Assembly: GCA_041577295.1 (NCBI GenBank)
Contig: JBFGJG010000002.1
Location: 179,167 to 243,166, forward strand
Direction of reading: 5' to 3'
From: Gemmatimonadales bacterium
GTDB lineage: Bacteria; Gemmatimonadota; Gemmatimonadetes; Gemmatimonadales; GWC2-71-9
Length of the DNA stretch: 64,000 nt
The notes below the pieces were generated by a model, which saw only the letters and a program-made list of their open reading frames with translations, did no database searches and had not been told where the DNA came from. Of the stretch, positions 28,011 through 38,361 are shown in pieces (position 1 is the first letter of the stretch; the number at the start of each line of letters is the position of its first letter). Position numbers and translations under genes: made by a program.

Positions 28011-29066
28011 ATGGCGGGTTCCCAGACTTTTACCTCCGCTTACCGCGCCATTGCGCGGGGCGAGCTCGCGCCGGTTCTCTACCTTACGGGCCCGGAAGAC
28101 GTGCTCAAAGACGAGCTCATCACCCTGATCAAGGACCGAGTCCTCGACCCGACAACCCGTGACTTCAATTGCGACGTGCGCTCAGCGAGTGATCTCGACG
28201 GTGAGAGCTTGCACGCCCTGGTTGAGACCCCTCCGATGCTGGCTGAACGCAGACTGGTTGTGGTTCGCAACCTCGAGCACTGGCGCCGGAACGCCAAGGT
28301 CTGGCAGGTGTTGGAGCGCTACCTAGCTAATCCGTCACCTACAACTATCCTCGTGCTGACGCACGGCGGCGGCGAGAAGACCAGTCCAAAGGTGGCCAAG
28401 CAAGCGACGACGGTCGAGATGCGTACACCTACCCCGCAGCAGATGCGTCGGTGGGTGGAACATCGCGCGGAAGCATCGGGAATCAAACTCGAGTCGGCGG
28501 CGGCCGACCACCTCCTGCGGGCCGTGGGTGCAGACCTCTCACAACTCGCTGTGGAGATCGACAAGCTCAGCGCAGCTGCACCCGAGGATCGGCCCGTGAG
28601 TGCGAACGACGTGGCCGCGCTCGTTGGGATGAGACGCGGCGAGACCCCCCACGACCTGGTGGCGGCGGTGCTCGCCGGAGAAACGGAGCGCGCGGTGGGA
28701 ATGTTGGACGTGGTACTTTCCGGTGCAGGTGTCAACGGCGTTCGGCTCGTCACCCTCCTGGGAACGACGTTGGTCGGGGTACGGATCGCAAAGGCCATGA
28801 CCGGGAGACCAAGATCGCGGACCCGGCCGGAGCGCGCAGTATTCGATGCAATTCGAGCCGCGCGACCGCCCGGCCTGCGAGGCTGGCGTGAAGAGGCGGC
28901 GGATTGGGCAGCCGCCGCGAGCCGGTGGAGCGATACCGCACTCGACGAGGCGATCCGGACCGTGTACGATGCGGATCGTCTGCTCAAGTCGTCGACCGTC
29001 AGCGACCAGAGAGGCATACTTACCGATATGACATTTCGACTGGGACACTTGCGAGCAGCCGCGTGA
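28011..29066 (+). CDS. holA: DNA polymerase III delta subunit
   Basis: LYLTGPEDVL, DFN, PMLAERRLVVV, EIDKL, DRLLKS. Confidence 0.93.
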   Translation: MAGSQTFTSAYRAIARGELAPVLYLTGPEDVLKDELITLIKDRVLDPTTRDFNCDVRSASDLDGESLHALVETPPMLAERRLVVVRNLEHWRRNAKVWQVLERYLANPSPTTILVLTHGGGEKTSPKVAKQATTVEMRTPTPQQMRRWVEHRAEASGIKLESAAADHLLRAVGADLSQLAVEIDKLSAAAPEDRPVSANDVAALVGMRRGETPHDLVAAVLAGETERAVGMLDVVLSGAGVNGVRLVTLLGTTLVGVRIAKAMTGRPRSRTRPERAVFDAIRAARPPGLRGWREEAADWAAAASRWSDTALDEAIRTVYDADRLLKSSTVSDQRGILTDMTFRLGHLRAAA

Positions 29067-29887
29067 CCCGCTTTGCACTCGTCGTCCTCATCGCGCTGGT
29101 GCCTGCAGTGTGCGATGCTCAACAAGATTCGATTCTCGGTCAGGCGATGCGGTTGGCGTCCGAAGGCCAGGGCGACTCTGCCCGCGCTTATGTCCAGCGC
29201 CAGCTCGCTCGCGTGTCGACAGCAGACACCACGTACGCCGAGATTCTCTATGCTGCAGGCGTTGTTGCCGGCGATGCCGAAGCGGCTCGCATGTACCTCC
29301 GGCGGGTAAGCATCGAGTTCTCCCAGTCCAGCTGGGCGGACGATGCGCTCCTCCGCTTGGCACAGCTCGCCTTTGCCGAGCAGGACTACGCTGCGGCGCT
29401 CAGAGCCAGCGACCGCATTGTTCAGGACTATCCTTTTAGTAACGTCTTTCCGGACGCTAACTACTGGGCAGCGCGCGCCCATCTGGAGCTTGGAGACCTC
29501 GTGGCCGGTTGTGCGAGGTTGGACCAGGCGGCAGAGGTGGCTTCGGATGACATCGAGCTGTCGAACCGGATCCGGTTTTACCGTTTGCGGTGTAGCCCCA
29601 GCGCGCTCGCCGCTCGGGCCGACACCGGTGGCACAACGCCGCCCGCTCGTCCTACTGGCCGGTCCGGGTTTACGGTACAGGTCGCGGCACTGCAAAGTGC
29701 CGCCGCGGCCGACGAGCTGATGCGTGCACTGAACGGGCAAGGGTACGAAGATGTGCGGGTGGTGCAGGAGGAGGGGTACCTCAAGGTCCGCGTCGGCCTG
29801 TTTCAACGTCGTCAGGAGGCGGCACGCCTCGCAACCGAGCTCGCCCGGACCTTCGGCGGAAAGCCATTTGTCGTGGAGGAGCGGTGA
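29063..29887 (+). CDS. TPR + SPOR domain periplasmic protein
   Basis: Signal peptide, ADDALLRLAQ TPR, FTVQVAAL...KVRVG SPOR. Confidence 0.88.
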   Translation: MTRFALVVLIALVPAVCDAQQDSILGQAMRLASEGQGDSARAYVQRQLARVSTADTTYAEILYAAGVVAGDAEAARMYLRRVSIEFSQSSWADDALLRLAQLAFAEQDYAAALRASDRIVQDYPFSNVFPDANYWAARAHLELGDLVAGCARLDQAAEVASDDIELSNRIRFYRLRCSPSALAARADTGGTTPPARPTGRSGFTVQVAALQSAAAADELMRALNGQGYEDVRVVQEEGYLKVRVGLFQRRQEAARLATELARTFGGKPFVVEER

Positions 29888-32484
29888 GCCGTCGCCGCGG
29901 TGAGCAAGCGACCACCGACACTCCGCTGATGCAGCAGTACCGCGAGATCAAGGCGCGCCACACCAACGCGATATTGTTTTTCCGCATGGGCGACTTCTAC
30001 GAAATGTTCTTCGACGACGCCAAGCTAGCCGCACGAGAGCTCGGTTTGACGCTGACGTCCCGAAACAACGGCGGAGCCGCCAACGTGCCACTCGCTGGTG
30101 TCCCGGTCAAGGCAGCCACCGAATACCTGCGCCGACTCATCGAGCGAGGATTCCGCGTGGCGATCTGTGAGCAGGTCGAGGATCCCAAACATGCCAAGGG
30201 CGTTGTAAGACGTGAGGTGGTGGAAACGATCACACCTGGCGCCGTGCTTGCCGAGGACTGGTTGGAGGGCACCGAAAACAATTTTCTCGTCGCGATAGCA
30301 CCCGGGCCGGTCACCGGGGTTGCAGCCCTCGATCTTACCACGGGCGAATTCGTACTCGAAGTGATCCCAGAAGGAGAAGTGGAAGCGGTGGTGTCGCGGT
30401 TGGCCCCTCGCGAGATCGTGGTGCCACATGGTACCCATGTCCCGCACGCGGCGGCCGGCACGATGTGCACTCCGCGCGAGGAGTGGGAGTTTGATACCGG
30501 GCACGCGACCGACGTTCTGCTTCGCCGCTTTCAGCTGCATAGCCTCGACGGCCTCGGGGTAACTCAGGACGATGCCCGAGCGGTCGGGGCGGCGGGTGCG
30601 CTGCTGCGATACGCATCGGAGCTTCAGCCGAGCGGGCTCCCGCAGCTAGCACGCCCCGTCGTGCGGCGTGGAGGGGACACCGTGCCGCTCGATGCAATGA
30701 CCCGGCGCAACCTCGAGCTGGTGGAACCGCTGCGTTCGGGCGATCACCGCAGCACGCTGCTCGGCGTCATCGATCGAACGGTCACTCCAATGGGTGCACG
30801 GCTGATGCGGCAGTGGTTGCTGAGCCCCTTGCGAAACGTGGCGGCGATCAACGCGCGGCTCGATGCGGTCGACACAATTGCGCGAGCCGCTCGCGGGCGC
30901 GAGCGGCTACGGGATGCACTCGATGGGGTGCGGGACCTCGAGCGCTTGAGCGGACGCGTTGCCACCCGGCGGGCCACGCCGCGTGATCTCGGTGGCCTGA
31001 GAGATTCGCTCGAGCGGCTTCCAGACGTCCGTAGCGCGCTGGATGGACTCGCGCAGCGTGAGGCCAGCGAGATCCTCGAGACAGCTGCTCACCAGTTTGA
31101 CCTGCTCACAGACCTCACCACCCAACTGCGAGGTCACCTCGCCGATCGACCACCCGCCCTGATTGGTGAAGGCGACACGATTCGGGCGGGCGCCGACGAA
31201 GCGCTCGACGAGGCGCGGGAATTACGAGACGGGGGAAAGCGCTTCATCGCAGCCATCCAGGCTCGTGAGCGCGAGCGCACGGGCATTCCATCATTGAAGG
31301 TGGGATTCAATAAGGTTTTTGGCTATTACATCGAGGTCACCAAGACCCACCGACACGCGGTCCCGGAAGACTACGAGCGGCGGCAGACGCTGACCAACGC
31401 CGAGCGCTTCGTCACGCCCGAGTTGAAGGAATACGAAGCTCGCGTGTTGAGTGCTGAGGAACAGGTGTTGAGTCGAGAGCGCGAACTTCTCGAACTACTA
31501 AGCGCCGCGGTGACCGAGCGTCTCGCGCGCCTGCAACGCACCGCGCGACTCGTTGCCGAGCTCGATGTGTTTGCAGCCCTGGCGGAAACCGCCGTAAGAG
31601 AAACGTACGCCAGACCGACCATGACAGACGGTTACGCCCTCGAACTGCGGGCCTGTCGTCATCCCGTGGTCGAGCGCCTGCTTCCGCCGGGAAAGTTCAT
31701 CGCAAACGACATCACGCTCGACGAGAGCGGCCGCGTCGTACTGCTGACCGGCCCCAACATGGCTGGGAAATCGACCATCCTGCGGCAGGCGGGTCTCAAC
31801 GTGCTACTCGCGCAAGTTGGCTCGTTTGTGCCGGCGCAGTCGGCGACCATTGGCGTCGTCGACAGAATCTTCACCCGCGTCGGTGCAAGCGACGACCTGG
31901 GGCGGGGTCACTCAACCTTCATGGTGGAGATGAGCGAGACGGCGGCCATTTTGAATACAGCGACCGAGCGGAGCCTAGTGTTGCTCGATGAGATCGGACG
32001 CGGAACGTCGACCTACGACGGCGTCGCCATCGCGTGGGCGGTGACCGAGCACCTGCACGATACGATCGGATGCAAGACGATCTTCGCTACGCACTATCAC
32101 GAGCTCACACAGCTTACCGACGAGCTGCAACACGCGAGGAACCTGAACGTCGCGGTTCAAGAGAAGAGCGATGGGATCGTGTTCCTGCATCGCCTCGAGC
32201 CCGGTGGTGCGGATCGTTCGTACGGCATTCATGTGGGTCGGCTCGCTGGCTTGCCGGCAGGAGTCGTCGCCCGCGCCGGACAGATCCTTCATTTGTTGGA
32301 GGCTGGGCATCAGGTGGCCGGTGTCCAACCGCTCCCGTCCCCCGATGCACGGCAACTCACCCTCTTTCATGCCAAAGACCACCCGGTCCTAGCCGAGCTT
32401 GCACAGATCGATCCCAACACGCTGTCACCGCTCGAAGCGCTCAATCGACTCGCCGAGCTCAAACGGCACGCCGAAGAACGATGA
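29884..32484 (+). CDS. mutS: DNA mismatch repair protein MutS
   Basis: TPLMQQY, FRMGDFYEMF, TGPNMAGKST, STFMVEM, DEIGRGTST, SYGIHV. Confidence 0.99.
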   Translation: MSRRRGEQATTDTPLMQQYREIKARHTNAILFFRMGDFYEMFFDDAKLAARELGLTLTSRNNGGAANVPLAGVPVKAATEYLRRLIERGFRVAICEQVEDPKHAKGVVRREVVETITPGAVLAEDWLEGTENNFLVAIAPGPVTGVAALDLTTGEFVLEVIPEGEVEAVVSRLAPREIVVPHGTHVPHAAAGTMCTPREEWEFDTGHATDVLLRRFQLHSLDGLGVTQDDARAVGAAGALLRYASELQPSGLPQLARPVVRRGGDTVPLDAMTRRNLELVEPLRSGDHRSTLLGVIDRTVTPMGARLMRQWLLSPLRNVAAINARLDAVDTIARAARGRERLRDALDGVRDLERLSGRVATRRATPRDLGGLRDSLERLPDVRSALDGLAQREASEILETAAHQFDLLTDLTTQLRGHLADRPPALIGEGDTIRAGADEALDEARELRDGGKRFIAAIQARERERTGIPSLKVGFNKVFGYYIEVTKTHRHAVPEDYERRQTLTNAERFVTPELKEYEARVLSAEEQVLSRERELLELLSAAVTERLARLQRTARLVAELDVFAALAETAVRETYARPTMTDGYALELRACRHPVVERLLPPGKFIANDITLDESGRVVLLTGPNMAGKSTILRQAGLNVLLAQVGSFVPAQSATIGVVDRIFTRVGASDDLGRGHSTFMVEMSETAAILNTATERSLVLLDEIGRGTSTYDGVAIAWAVTEHLHDTIGCKTIFATHYHELTQLTDELQHARNLNVAVQEKSDGIVFLHRLEPGGADRSYGIHVGRLAGLPAGVVARAGQILHLLEAGHQVAGVQPLPSPDARQLTLFHAKDHPVLAELAQIDPNTLSPLEALNRLAELKRHAEER

Positions 32485-32888
32485 TGCGCTACCCAGTTTC
32501 ACTCGTCGCCGTCGGCACGATCCTCGCATGCGGTCGCACAGGAGCCTCGGACGACGGCACGGCCACCATTGAGGTCCCTGAGTTCGAGCCACCCGTAGCA
32601 ATCAACGCGGAGCCACCGGTGAGCTACCCCGCCCGTCTATTTCGAGAAGGGGTGGAAGGAACCGTAGTTTTACTGTTGTTCGTGGACGCGACCGGTAAGC
32701 TGGCACTGGACTCCACGCGCATTCAGGACGGAAGTGGCTATCCATCGCTGGATTCCGCAGTGTTGGCGGGCGTGAGCGCCATGGAGTTTGCCCCGGCGCG
32801 GCGCAACGGAACACCGGTCGCCACGTGGTTCCTGCAACCCGTTCACTTCCGCCAGCCCCAAGCCCCGAATTCGGAGAGCGGGCTGTGA
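32481..32888 (+). CDS. TonB C-terminal domain protein, probable lipoprotein
   Basis: YPARLFREGVEGTVVLLLFVD..G, SGYPSLD, FAPARRNG; ILAC lipobox-like. Confidence 0.85.
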   Translation: MMRYPVSLVAVGTILACGRTGASDDGTATIEVPEFEPPVAINAEPPVSYPARLFREGVEGTVVLLLFVDATGKLALDSTRIQDGSGYPSLDSAVLAGVSAMEFAPARRNGTPVATWFLQPVHFRQPQAPNSESGL

Positions 32889-34273
32889 CAGCGCGTAACG
32901 TCCGTCCTTTCGACACGATCCTCGACACGATTGGCTGGACACCCCTGATCCGTCTGAACCGGGTCACGGCGGGTGTGCGCACCCCGGTCTACGGGAAGGC
33001 GGAGTTCTTCAACCCAGGTGGGTCACTCAAGGACCGCATCGGTTTGGCGATCATCGAGGATGCCGAACGGCGCGGTGAGCTCAAATCGGGTGGTGTGATC
33101 GTCGAAGGAACGTCCGGCAACACGGGGGTTGGGCTCGCCCTGGCAGCGGCACTAAAGGGTTACCGCTGCATCTTTACCATGCCGGACAAGATGTCTTCCG
33201 AGAAGGTGCGTCTGCTCAAGGCTTTTGGCGCCGAGGTGATCATCACGCCCACGGCGGTGCCGCCAGATCATCCCGACAACTACGTGATGAAGGCGAAGGC
33301 GATCGTCAAAAGCACGCCCAATTCCATTCTGGCGAACCAATTCTACAACCAGGTGAACCCGGAAGCGCACTACAAGTCCACCGGTCCGGAGTTGTGGGAG
33401 CAAACGGAGGGACGGATCACTCACTTGGTCGGCGGAGCCGGGACTGGGGGCACGCTGAGCGGCGCCGGGAGATTCCTCAAGGAGAAGAACCCAGCGATCC
33501 GTATCATCGCCGGGGATCCCGACGGATCGATCTATGCCGCTTGGGCGCGAGGCGAGCGCGACGTGCCAGGGCATCCCTACAAGGTTGAGGGGATTGGGGG
33601 GGATAAGATTCCGGAGACCCTGCACTTCGACCAGATCGACGAATTCCACACCGTGACCGACCGGGACGCGTTTGTCATGGCGCGACGGTTGGCACGGGAA
33701 GAGGGCCTCTTTGTCGGCGGATCGACCGGGCTCATCGTTTCGGTGGCGCTCACGGTCGCGCGAGCAGTGGACGATCCCAAGGCTTGTGTGGTTGCCATCC
33801 TATGCGATACCGGTGAGCGCTATTTATCGAAACTGTTCAATGACGAGTGGATGCGAGAGAACCAGTTGCTGGACCAGGATCGCGTGGTCGCGAGCATGTT
33901 GCTGGCGGCGAAGCCGCATGAGACGCCGCCGCTGGTGACGCTCAGTCCGGGACAAACCGTGCGTCAGGCGCTGAACCTCATGGCGACCTACGGGATCTCC
34001 CAGCTGCCAGTCGTCGAAGGAGGTGATTGCGTCGGCTCGGTCGCCGAGGGGGCAGTCATGGCACGGGCCGTCTCCGAGCCCTCCGTGCTCGACAAGGCGG
34101 TCCGCGAAATCATGGATCCTCCGTACCCCGTGGTGGACGCCACATTCCCGCTCGAGCGCTTCTCCGACCTGCTCTCCCGCGAGACCCCGGCCGTCCTGGT
34201 GCGGCAGGACGGGACCCTCTCCGGGATCGTGACGCGGTACGATGTCCTTCATCACGTCGCCGGTATTCGCTGA
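32885..34273 (+). CDS. cystathionine beta-synthase family PLP enzyme with CBS pair
   Basis: NPGGSLKDR, TSGNTG, GTGGT, DTGERYLSK; C-terminal ISQLPVV/GIVTRYD CBS domains. Confidence 0.95.
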   Translation: MTARNVRPFDTILDTIGWTPLIRLNRVTAGVRTPVYGKAEFFNPGGSLKDRIGLAIIEDAERRGELKSGGVIVEGTSGNTGVGLALAAALKGYRCIFTMPDKMSSEKVRLLKAFGAEVIITPTAVPPDHPDNYVMKAKAIVKSTPNSILANQFYNQVNPEAHYKSTGPELWEQTEGRITHLVGGAGTGGTLSGAGRFLKEKNPAIRIIAGDPDGSIYAAWARGERDVPGHPYKVEGIGGDKIPETLHFDQIDEFHTVTDRDAFVMARRLAREEGLFVGGSTGLIVSVALTVARAVDDPKACVVAILCDTGERYLSKLFNDEWMRENQLLDQDRVVASMLLAAKPHETPPLVTLSPGQTVRQALNLMATYGISQLPVVEGGDCVGSVAEGAVMARAVSEPSVLDKAVREIMDPPYPVVDATFPLERFSDLLSRETPAVLVRQDGTLSGIVTRYDVLHHVAGIR

Positions 34274-34346
34274 GCGCACCCGTCTCCACCCGTGGGAGCG
34301 GTCACGGGTCACCGTAGCCGGGACGTTAGTGAGGTAGCTTTCCAGC

Positions 34347-34733
34347 ATGCCGTACTATGTGCTGTCGGCTGAGACCAGCTTTTCGGCCGCTCACACACTC
34401 CCCGGTGTGGAGATGTGTGACCGTTTCCACGGACACAATTGGCGTGTGCGGCTGAACGTATCGGTTGATGAATCCCAGCTCGACCCCGGCGGTATGGGGG
34501 TGGATTTCCGGGTCATTGAGGAGGTGGCCCGGGAGACCGTGGCGGACTTTGAACATCGCTACCTCAACGATCTCGAGCCGTTTCACCAGTCACCGCCGAC
34601 CGCGGAGCGGTTAGCCAAGCTGATCAGCACACGTGCTACGGCGCTGTTGGCCGACCGGGCCCCAGCCGCAGCGGTTGAGACTGTGGAGGTTTGGGAAACC
34701 CCCAACTACCGCGTGGCGTATCGACCGCGATGA
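34347..34733 (+). CDS. queD: 6-carboxy-5,6,7,8-tetrahydropterin synthase
   Basis: FSAAH...CDRFHGHNW, HRYLND, PTAE, VWET. Confidence 0.9.
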   Translation: MPYYVLSAETSFSAAHTLPGVEMCDRFHGHNWRVRLNVSVDESQLDPGGMGVDFRVIEEVARETVADFEHRYLNDLEPFHQSPPTAERLAKLISTRATALLADRAPAAAVETVEVWETPNYRVAYRPR

Positions 34734-35773
34734 TGCGGATCACGGTCCTCACCGGAGGGTCGACCCCCGAACGTGATGTGGCGCTCGCCGGAGCTGCTCA
34801 GGTGGTGGCCGCCCTCCGAGCCGGTGGACACCTGGTCACCGTTGTCGACACCGTGAGCGGTGCTATCGAGAGCGACGACGAGCAACAGCTGCTGGTGTCG
34901 TCGGTGGGGAGCGATCCACCGAGTCAGGAAGAGCTCAGACTCCTCGCGATGCGCGAGTGTCTCACCGACCTCATCGCCCTTCCCGCGCTACGGGAGACCG
35001 ATCTCGTGTTCATCGTCCTTCACGGGAAACAGGGTGAGGGAGGCGAGGTGCAGGCGCTGCTCGAGGCCGGTGGCATCCCCTATGCGGGGAGTGGCCCGCT
35101 GGGGAGCGGGCTGGCGATGGACAAGGACATCGCCAAGCGCCTCCTCCGCGACGCTGGGATCCCGACGCCCCGTTGGGTCACGCACCCAACCACGCCCGAG
35201 GACGTGTCCACGCTGGGGCTACCGGTGGTCGTAAAGCCCTCAAAGGCGGGGTCCACCGTCGGATTATCGATCGCGCGACGGACGGACGAGCTGGAGGCGG
35301 CGATCCGCAGCGCGTTGGATTACGACGACGAAGTGATCATCGAGCAGTACCTGGACGGTCGTGAATTCACGGTCGGCATTCTGGGCGAGGAGGCCTTGGC
35401 CGTCGGTGAGATCATACCACAACACGAGATCTTTGATTACGAGTGCAAGTACACCCCCGGTATGACCCAGGAGATCTTCCCAGCAGATCTGCCAGCCGGA
35501 ACCACGGACCGGCTCCGGACACTGGCTTTACAGGCCCATCGTGTGCTGAAGCTACGCGATTTCTCGCGGGTAGACTTCCGATTGGCTTCGGATGGCACCC
35601 CCCACTGCCTAGAGTTGAACACCCTTCCGGGGTTGACAGCCACGAGCTTGTTGCCACAATCGGCGGCCGCTGCCGGCATCGACTTTGGCGAACTTTGCCA
35701 CCGAATCTGCACGCTGGCGTTGCAGCGGGCCGAGCGGAACAAACTCCGGGCCAAGGTGGGTAGATTGAGATGA
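34730..35773 (+). CDS. ddl: D-alanine--D-alanine ligase
   Basis: GGSTPERDV, LHGKQGEGG, MDK, KPSKAGSTVG, DYECKY, ELNTLPG. Confidence 0.96.
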   Translation: MMRITVLTGGSTPERDVALAGAAQVVAALRAGGHLVTVVDTVSGAIESDDEQQLLVSSVGSDPPSQEELRLLAMRECLTDLIALPALRETDLVFIVLHGKQGEGGEVQALLEAGGIPYAGSGPLGSGLAMDKDIAKRLLRDAGIPTPRWVTHPTTPEDVSTLGLPVVVKPSKAGSTVGLSIARRTDELEAAIRSALDYDDEVIIEQYLDGREFTVGILGEEALAVGEIIPQHEIFDYECKYTPGMTQEIFPADLPAGTTDRLRTLALQAHRVLKLRDFSRVDFRLASDGTPHCLELNTLPGLTATSLLPQSAAAAGIDFGELCHRICTLALQRAERNKLRAKVGRLR

Positions 35774-36597
35774 TGCGATCCCAGTCTCCGTTCGCGCTCA
35801 CCCCATGGGTACGTGGCCTCATCGTCGCGAACGCTGTGGTGTACCTGCTGACAATCACAGTGTTTACCGGGCCGTGGTTCGCGGACGCGTTCGCGTTTGG
35901 CCCCACGCGCGTCGTCACCCATTGGTGGACCTTCGTCACATACATGTTTCTCCACCAGGGGTTCCTCCATCTCGCGTTCAATATGTTGATGTTGTTTTTC
36001 TTCGGCCGAGCGGTCGAAGAGCGCATGGGTGGGTCGGCGTTTGGACTGTACTACTTCGTTTGCGGTTTAGGTGGCGCCATCTTTTCGTTCGTGGTGTCAC
36101 TGTTCACACCGGTGGCACCGTTTGTCGGCGCATCGGGCGCCGTGTTCGGCGTGTCCCTCGCCTTCGTCTACTATTGGCCAGATGCGCCGGTCTACGTCTT
36201 CCCGCTCCCCATGCCCATCAAAGCGAAGTGGCTGGTGATCTTCTTCGCCACGTTGAGTCTCTTTTCCGCCATCACGGGGGCGCGAGACGGCATTGCCCAC
36301 TTGGCACATTTGGGTGGATTCCTTTTCGGATTCATCTACCTGAAGGGCGAGGAGCGCGTCGGCCGAGGCGCGAGCAAGGCCATCACTCGCCGCCGTGTAC
36401 CACGACCGAAGGCTCGCGCACGAACCCGAGAGGTCTCACAGGCACAGGGCGAACGGTCTTACCGTCATCGGCGTCGGGAGGAGCATGACGAGGTGGATCG
36501 CTTGCTCGATAAGATCTCGCGATCTGGCATCGAGAGTCTGACGCCCGAAGAACGGCGCCTACTGGACGACGCCAGTCGCAAGCTCCGCGATCCCTAA
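35770..36597 (+). CDS. rhomboid intramembrane serine protease
   Basis: TYMFLH..FLHLAFNM, GASG, AHLAHLGG; C-terminal VDRLLDKISRSGIESLT helix. Confidence 0.95.
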   Translation: MMRSQSPFALTPWVRGLIVANAVVYLLTITVFTGPWFADAFAFGPTRVVTHWWTFVTYMFLHQGFLHLAFNMLMLFFFGRAVEERMGGSAFGLYYFVCGLGGAIFSFVVSLFTPVAPFVGASGAVFGVSLAFVYYWPDAPVYVFPLPMPIKAKWLVIFFATLSLFSAITGARDGIAHLAHLGGFLFGFIYLKGEERVGRGASKAITRRRVPRPKARARTREVSQAQGERSYRHRRREEHDEVDRLLDKISRSGIESLTPEERRLLDDASRKLRDP

Positions 36598-36606
36598 TCT
36601 CGTTTC

Positions 36607-37101
36607 ATGCCCCCTCGAATCACCGCACGTCAGGGTGACATTACCACCTATGACGGTGATGCCATCGTCAACGCAGCGAATAACCACTTGCAGCTCGGTG
36701 CAGGCGTAGCCGGAGCGATCCGGCGGGCGGGCGGACCCACTATTCAAGAGGAATGCGACCGGCACGGGCCCATACGTGTTGGTGAGGCTGCAATCACGGG
36801 CGCCGGGGAGCTGTCGGTTCGCTGGGTGATCCACGCCGCAGCCATGGGTGATGCGCCGGTCTCGGAATCGTCGATTCGTAGCAGCACGCTGGCCGCGCTC
36901 GCCCTGGCCGCCCAGCACCAGATTCGTCGCATCGCGTTTCCCGTCCTCGGTACTGGTGTCGGCGGCTTCTCCTTCACACGCGCGGCAGCCACCATGTACG
37001 ATGCCGTGCAGTCGTCACCAGACACCAACGAGCTGACGGAGGTGGTGTTTTACGGTTTTCGTCCGGAAGACGTCACTGTTTTGGAGTCGCTACTGTCGTA
37101 A
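36607..37101 (+). CDS. macro domain protein (YmdB-like)
   Basis: GDIT...DAIVNAAN..L..GAGVAGAI, IAFP.LGTGVGGF. Confidence 0.95.
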   Translation: MPPRITARQGDITTYDGDAIVNAANNHLQLGAGVAGAIRRAGGPTIQEECDRHGPIRVGEAAITGAGELSVRWVIHAAAMGDAPVSESSIRSSTLAALALAAQHQIRRIAFPVLGTGVGGFSFTRAAATMYDAVQSSPDTNELTEVVFYGFRPEDVTVLESLLS

Positions 37102-37158
37102 TACCGCAGCGAGCCACTTGTCAGTACCCGCCGGGCATCCCAAATTGGGGACGCCTCC

Positions 37159-38103
37159 ATGCTCATCAACCTCGTTCCGGAATTCCTGGCGGTCGTCGAG
37201 GCTCCCGACCCCATGGAGGCGTACCTTCGCTACCTCACCGAGCACGCTCCAGTTCTGCACGCCTACTGGCACAACTACATCCTCGACCCGGACAGTCCGC
37301 ACGCGGAGGACGTGATCCGTCGAACGATCGAGGCGGATCGCCGTGACCTGCGCGCGCTATTGTTGCACGTGGATGTGGAGCGGCTGGCAGATGAGACACA
37401 GGCCCGCTGCGAGGAGCTCTTCGAGATTGAGGAGCCGTTTGACGTGTGTCTCATGGTCGGGGTGGGTGGTGCGAACGCCGGTGAGCTCGTCGTGGCAGGA
37501 CGGGGCATCGCGTTTGTCTGCCTGGAACACTTTACCGGCAAGCCCAATCCGGAATCGTTCGGACTGGGTCTTCGTCCGGCGCTCATGGGCCTGTGGTTAG
37601 CACACGAGATCGCGCACGTGGCGCGATATACCGCCCACGATAGCGAGAGTGAGCTGGCATCGGTGATTCGCGAAATGCGTGGCAACTACGACTACTGGGA
37701 GACCGGAAGCCGGACATCGCTCCGCGAGCTACTCGTCAACGAGGGTCTTGCGGTTGCCGGCGCCATGGCAGCAACACCCGGATTCGAGCGGTGGGAGTAC
37801 CTCGGCTACTCCGGTCGAGTGTACCGGCGTCTGCGCCAGCTGGATGCGTTTCTCACCCGTGCCGTGGCGGGTGATCTCGATCGGACCGGACTGGGCTACC
37901 GACTCCGTTATCTCTCTGGCGGCGTTCCCCCCGCGCAGCGCATGGTGAACGGCAAGGTGATTCCCGAGCGCGCCGGCTACTATCTGGGGCTGCGTATGGT
38001 CGAGTCCATCGTTGCGAATGTCGGCATCGCGCGGGCCCTCCGTACGAGCGCTTCCGCATGCACGGTCTCGGAAGCGCTCGAGGGCGGCGCTCAGACAGCG
38101 TGA
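37159..38103 (+). CDS. putative gluzincin-type Zn-dependent protease
   Basis: AHEIAH plus downstream NEGLA; RAGYYLG..MV. Confidence 0.8.
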   Translation: MLINLVPEFLAVVEAPDPMEAYLRYLTEHAPVLHAYWHNYILDPDSPHAEDVIRRTIEADRRDLRALLLHVDVERLADETQARCEELFEIEEPFDVCLMVGVGGANAGELVVAGRGIAFVCLEHFTGKPNPESFGLGLRPALMGLWLAHEIAHVARYTAHDSESELASVIREMRGNYDYWETGSRTSLRELLVNEGLAVAGAMAATPGFERWEYLGYSGRVYRRLRQLDAFLTRAVAGDLDRTGLGYRLRYLSGGVPPAQRMVNGKVIPERAGYYLGLRMVESIVANVGIARALRTSASACTVSEALEGGAQTA

Positions 38104-38336
38104 CAAACGCAAAGCGACCGCGGAAGCGGCGCCAGCCCGCTGCGAATGAGGTTCAAAACCCGTCGGAACGGCGGGAGCGTCTCATGCTTCGCGAGGTCGT
38201 CAACGATCTGGTGGAACACGTGCGCTGGCTGTCCAGCGCGTTGCCGCAACTATCCGTGGAAGAGCTGGATCACGCACAACAGCGGTTGGAGTGGTTGGCC
38301 GATGAGGTGTGGCGCCTCACCGTCGAGACAGAGTAG
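38100..38336 (+). CDS. small helical hypothetical protein
   Basis: GTGA overlap with previous gene; amphipathic helical hairpin. Confidence 0.7.
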   Translation: MTNAKRPRKRRQPAANEVQNPSERRERLMLREVVNDLVEHVRWLSSALPQLSVEELDHAQQRLEWLADEVWRLTVETE

Positions 38337-38361
38337 CTATTCGGCGAGGCCGCCCACCTCG

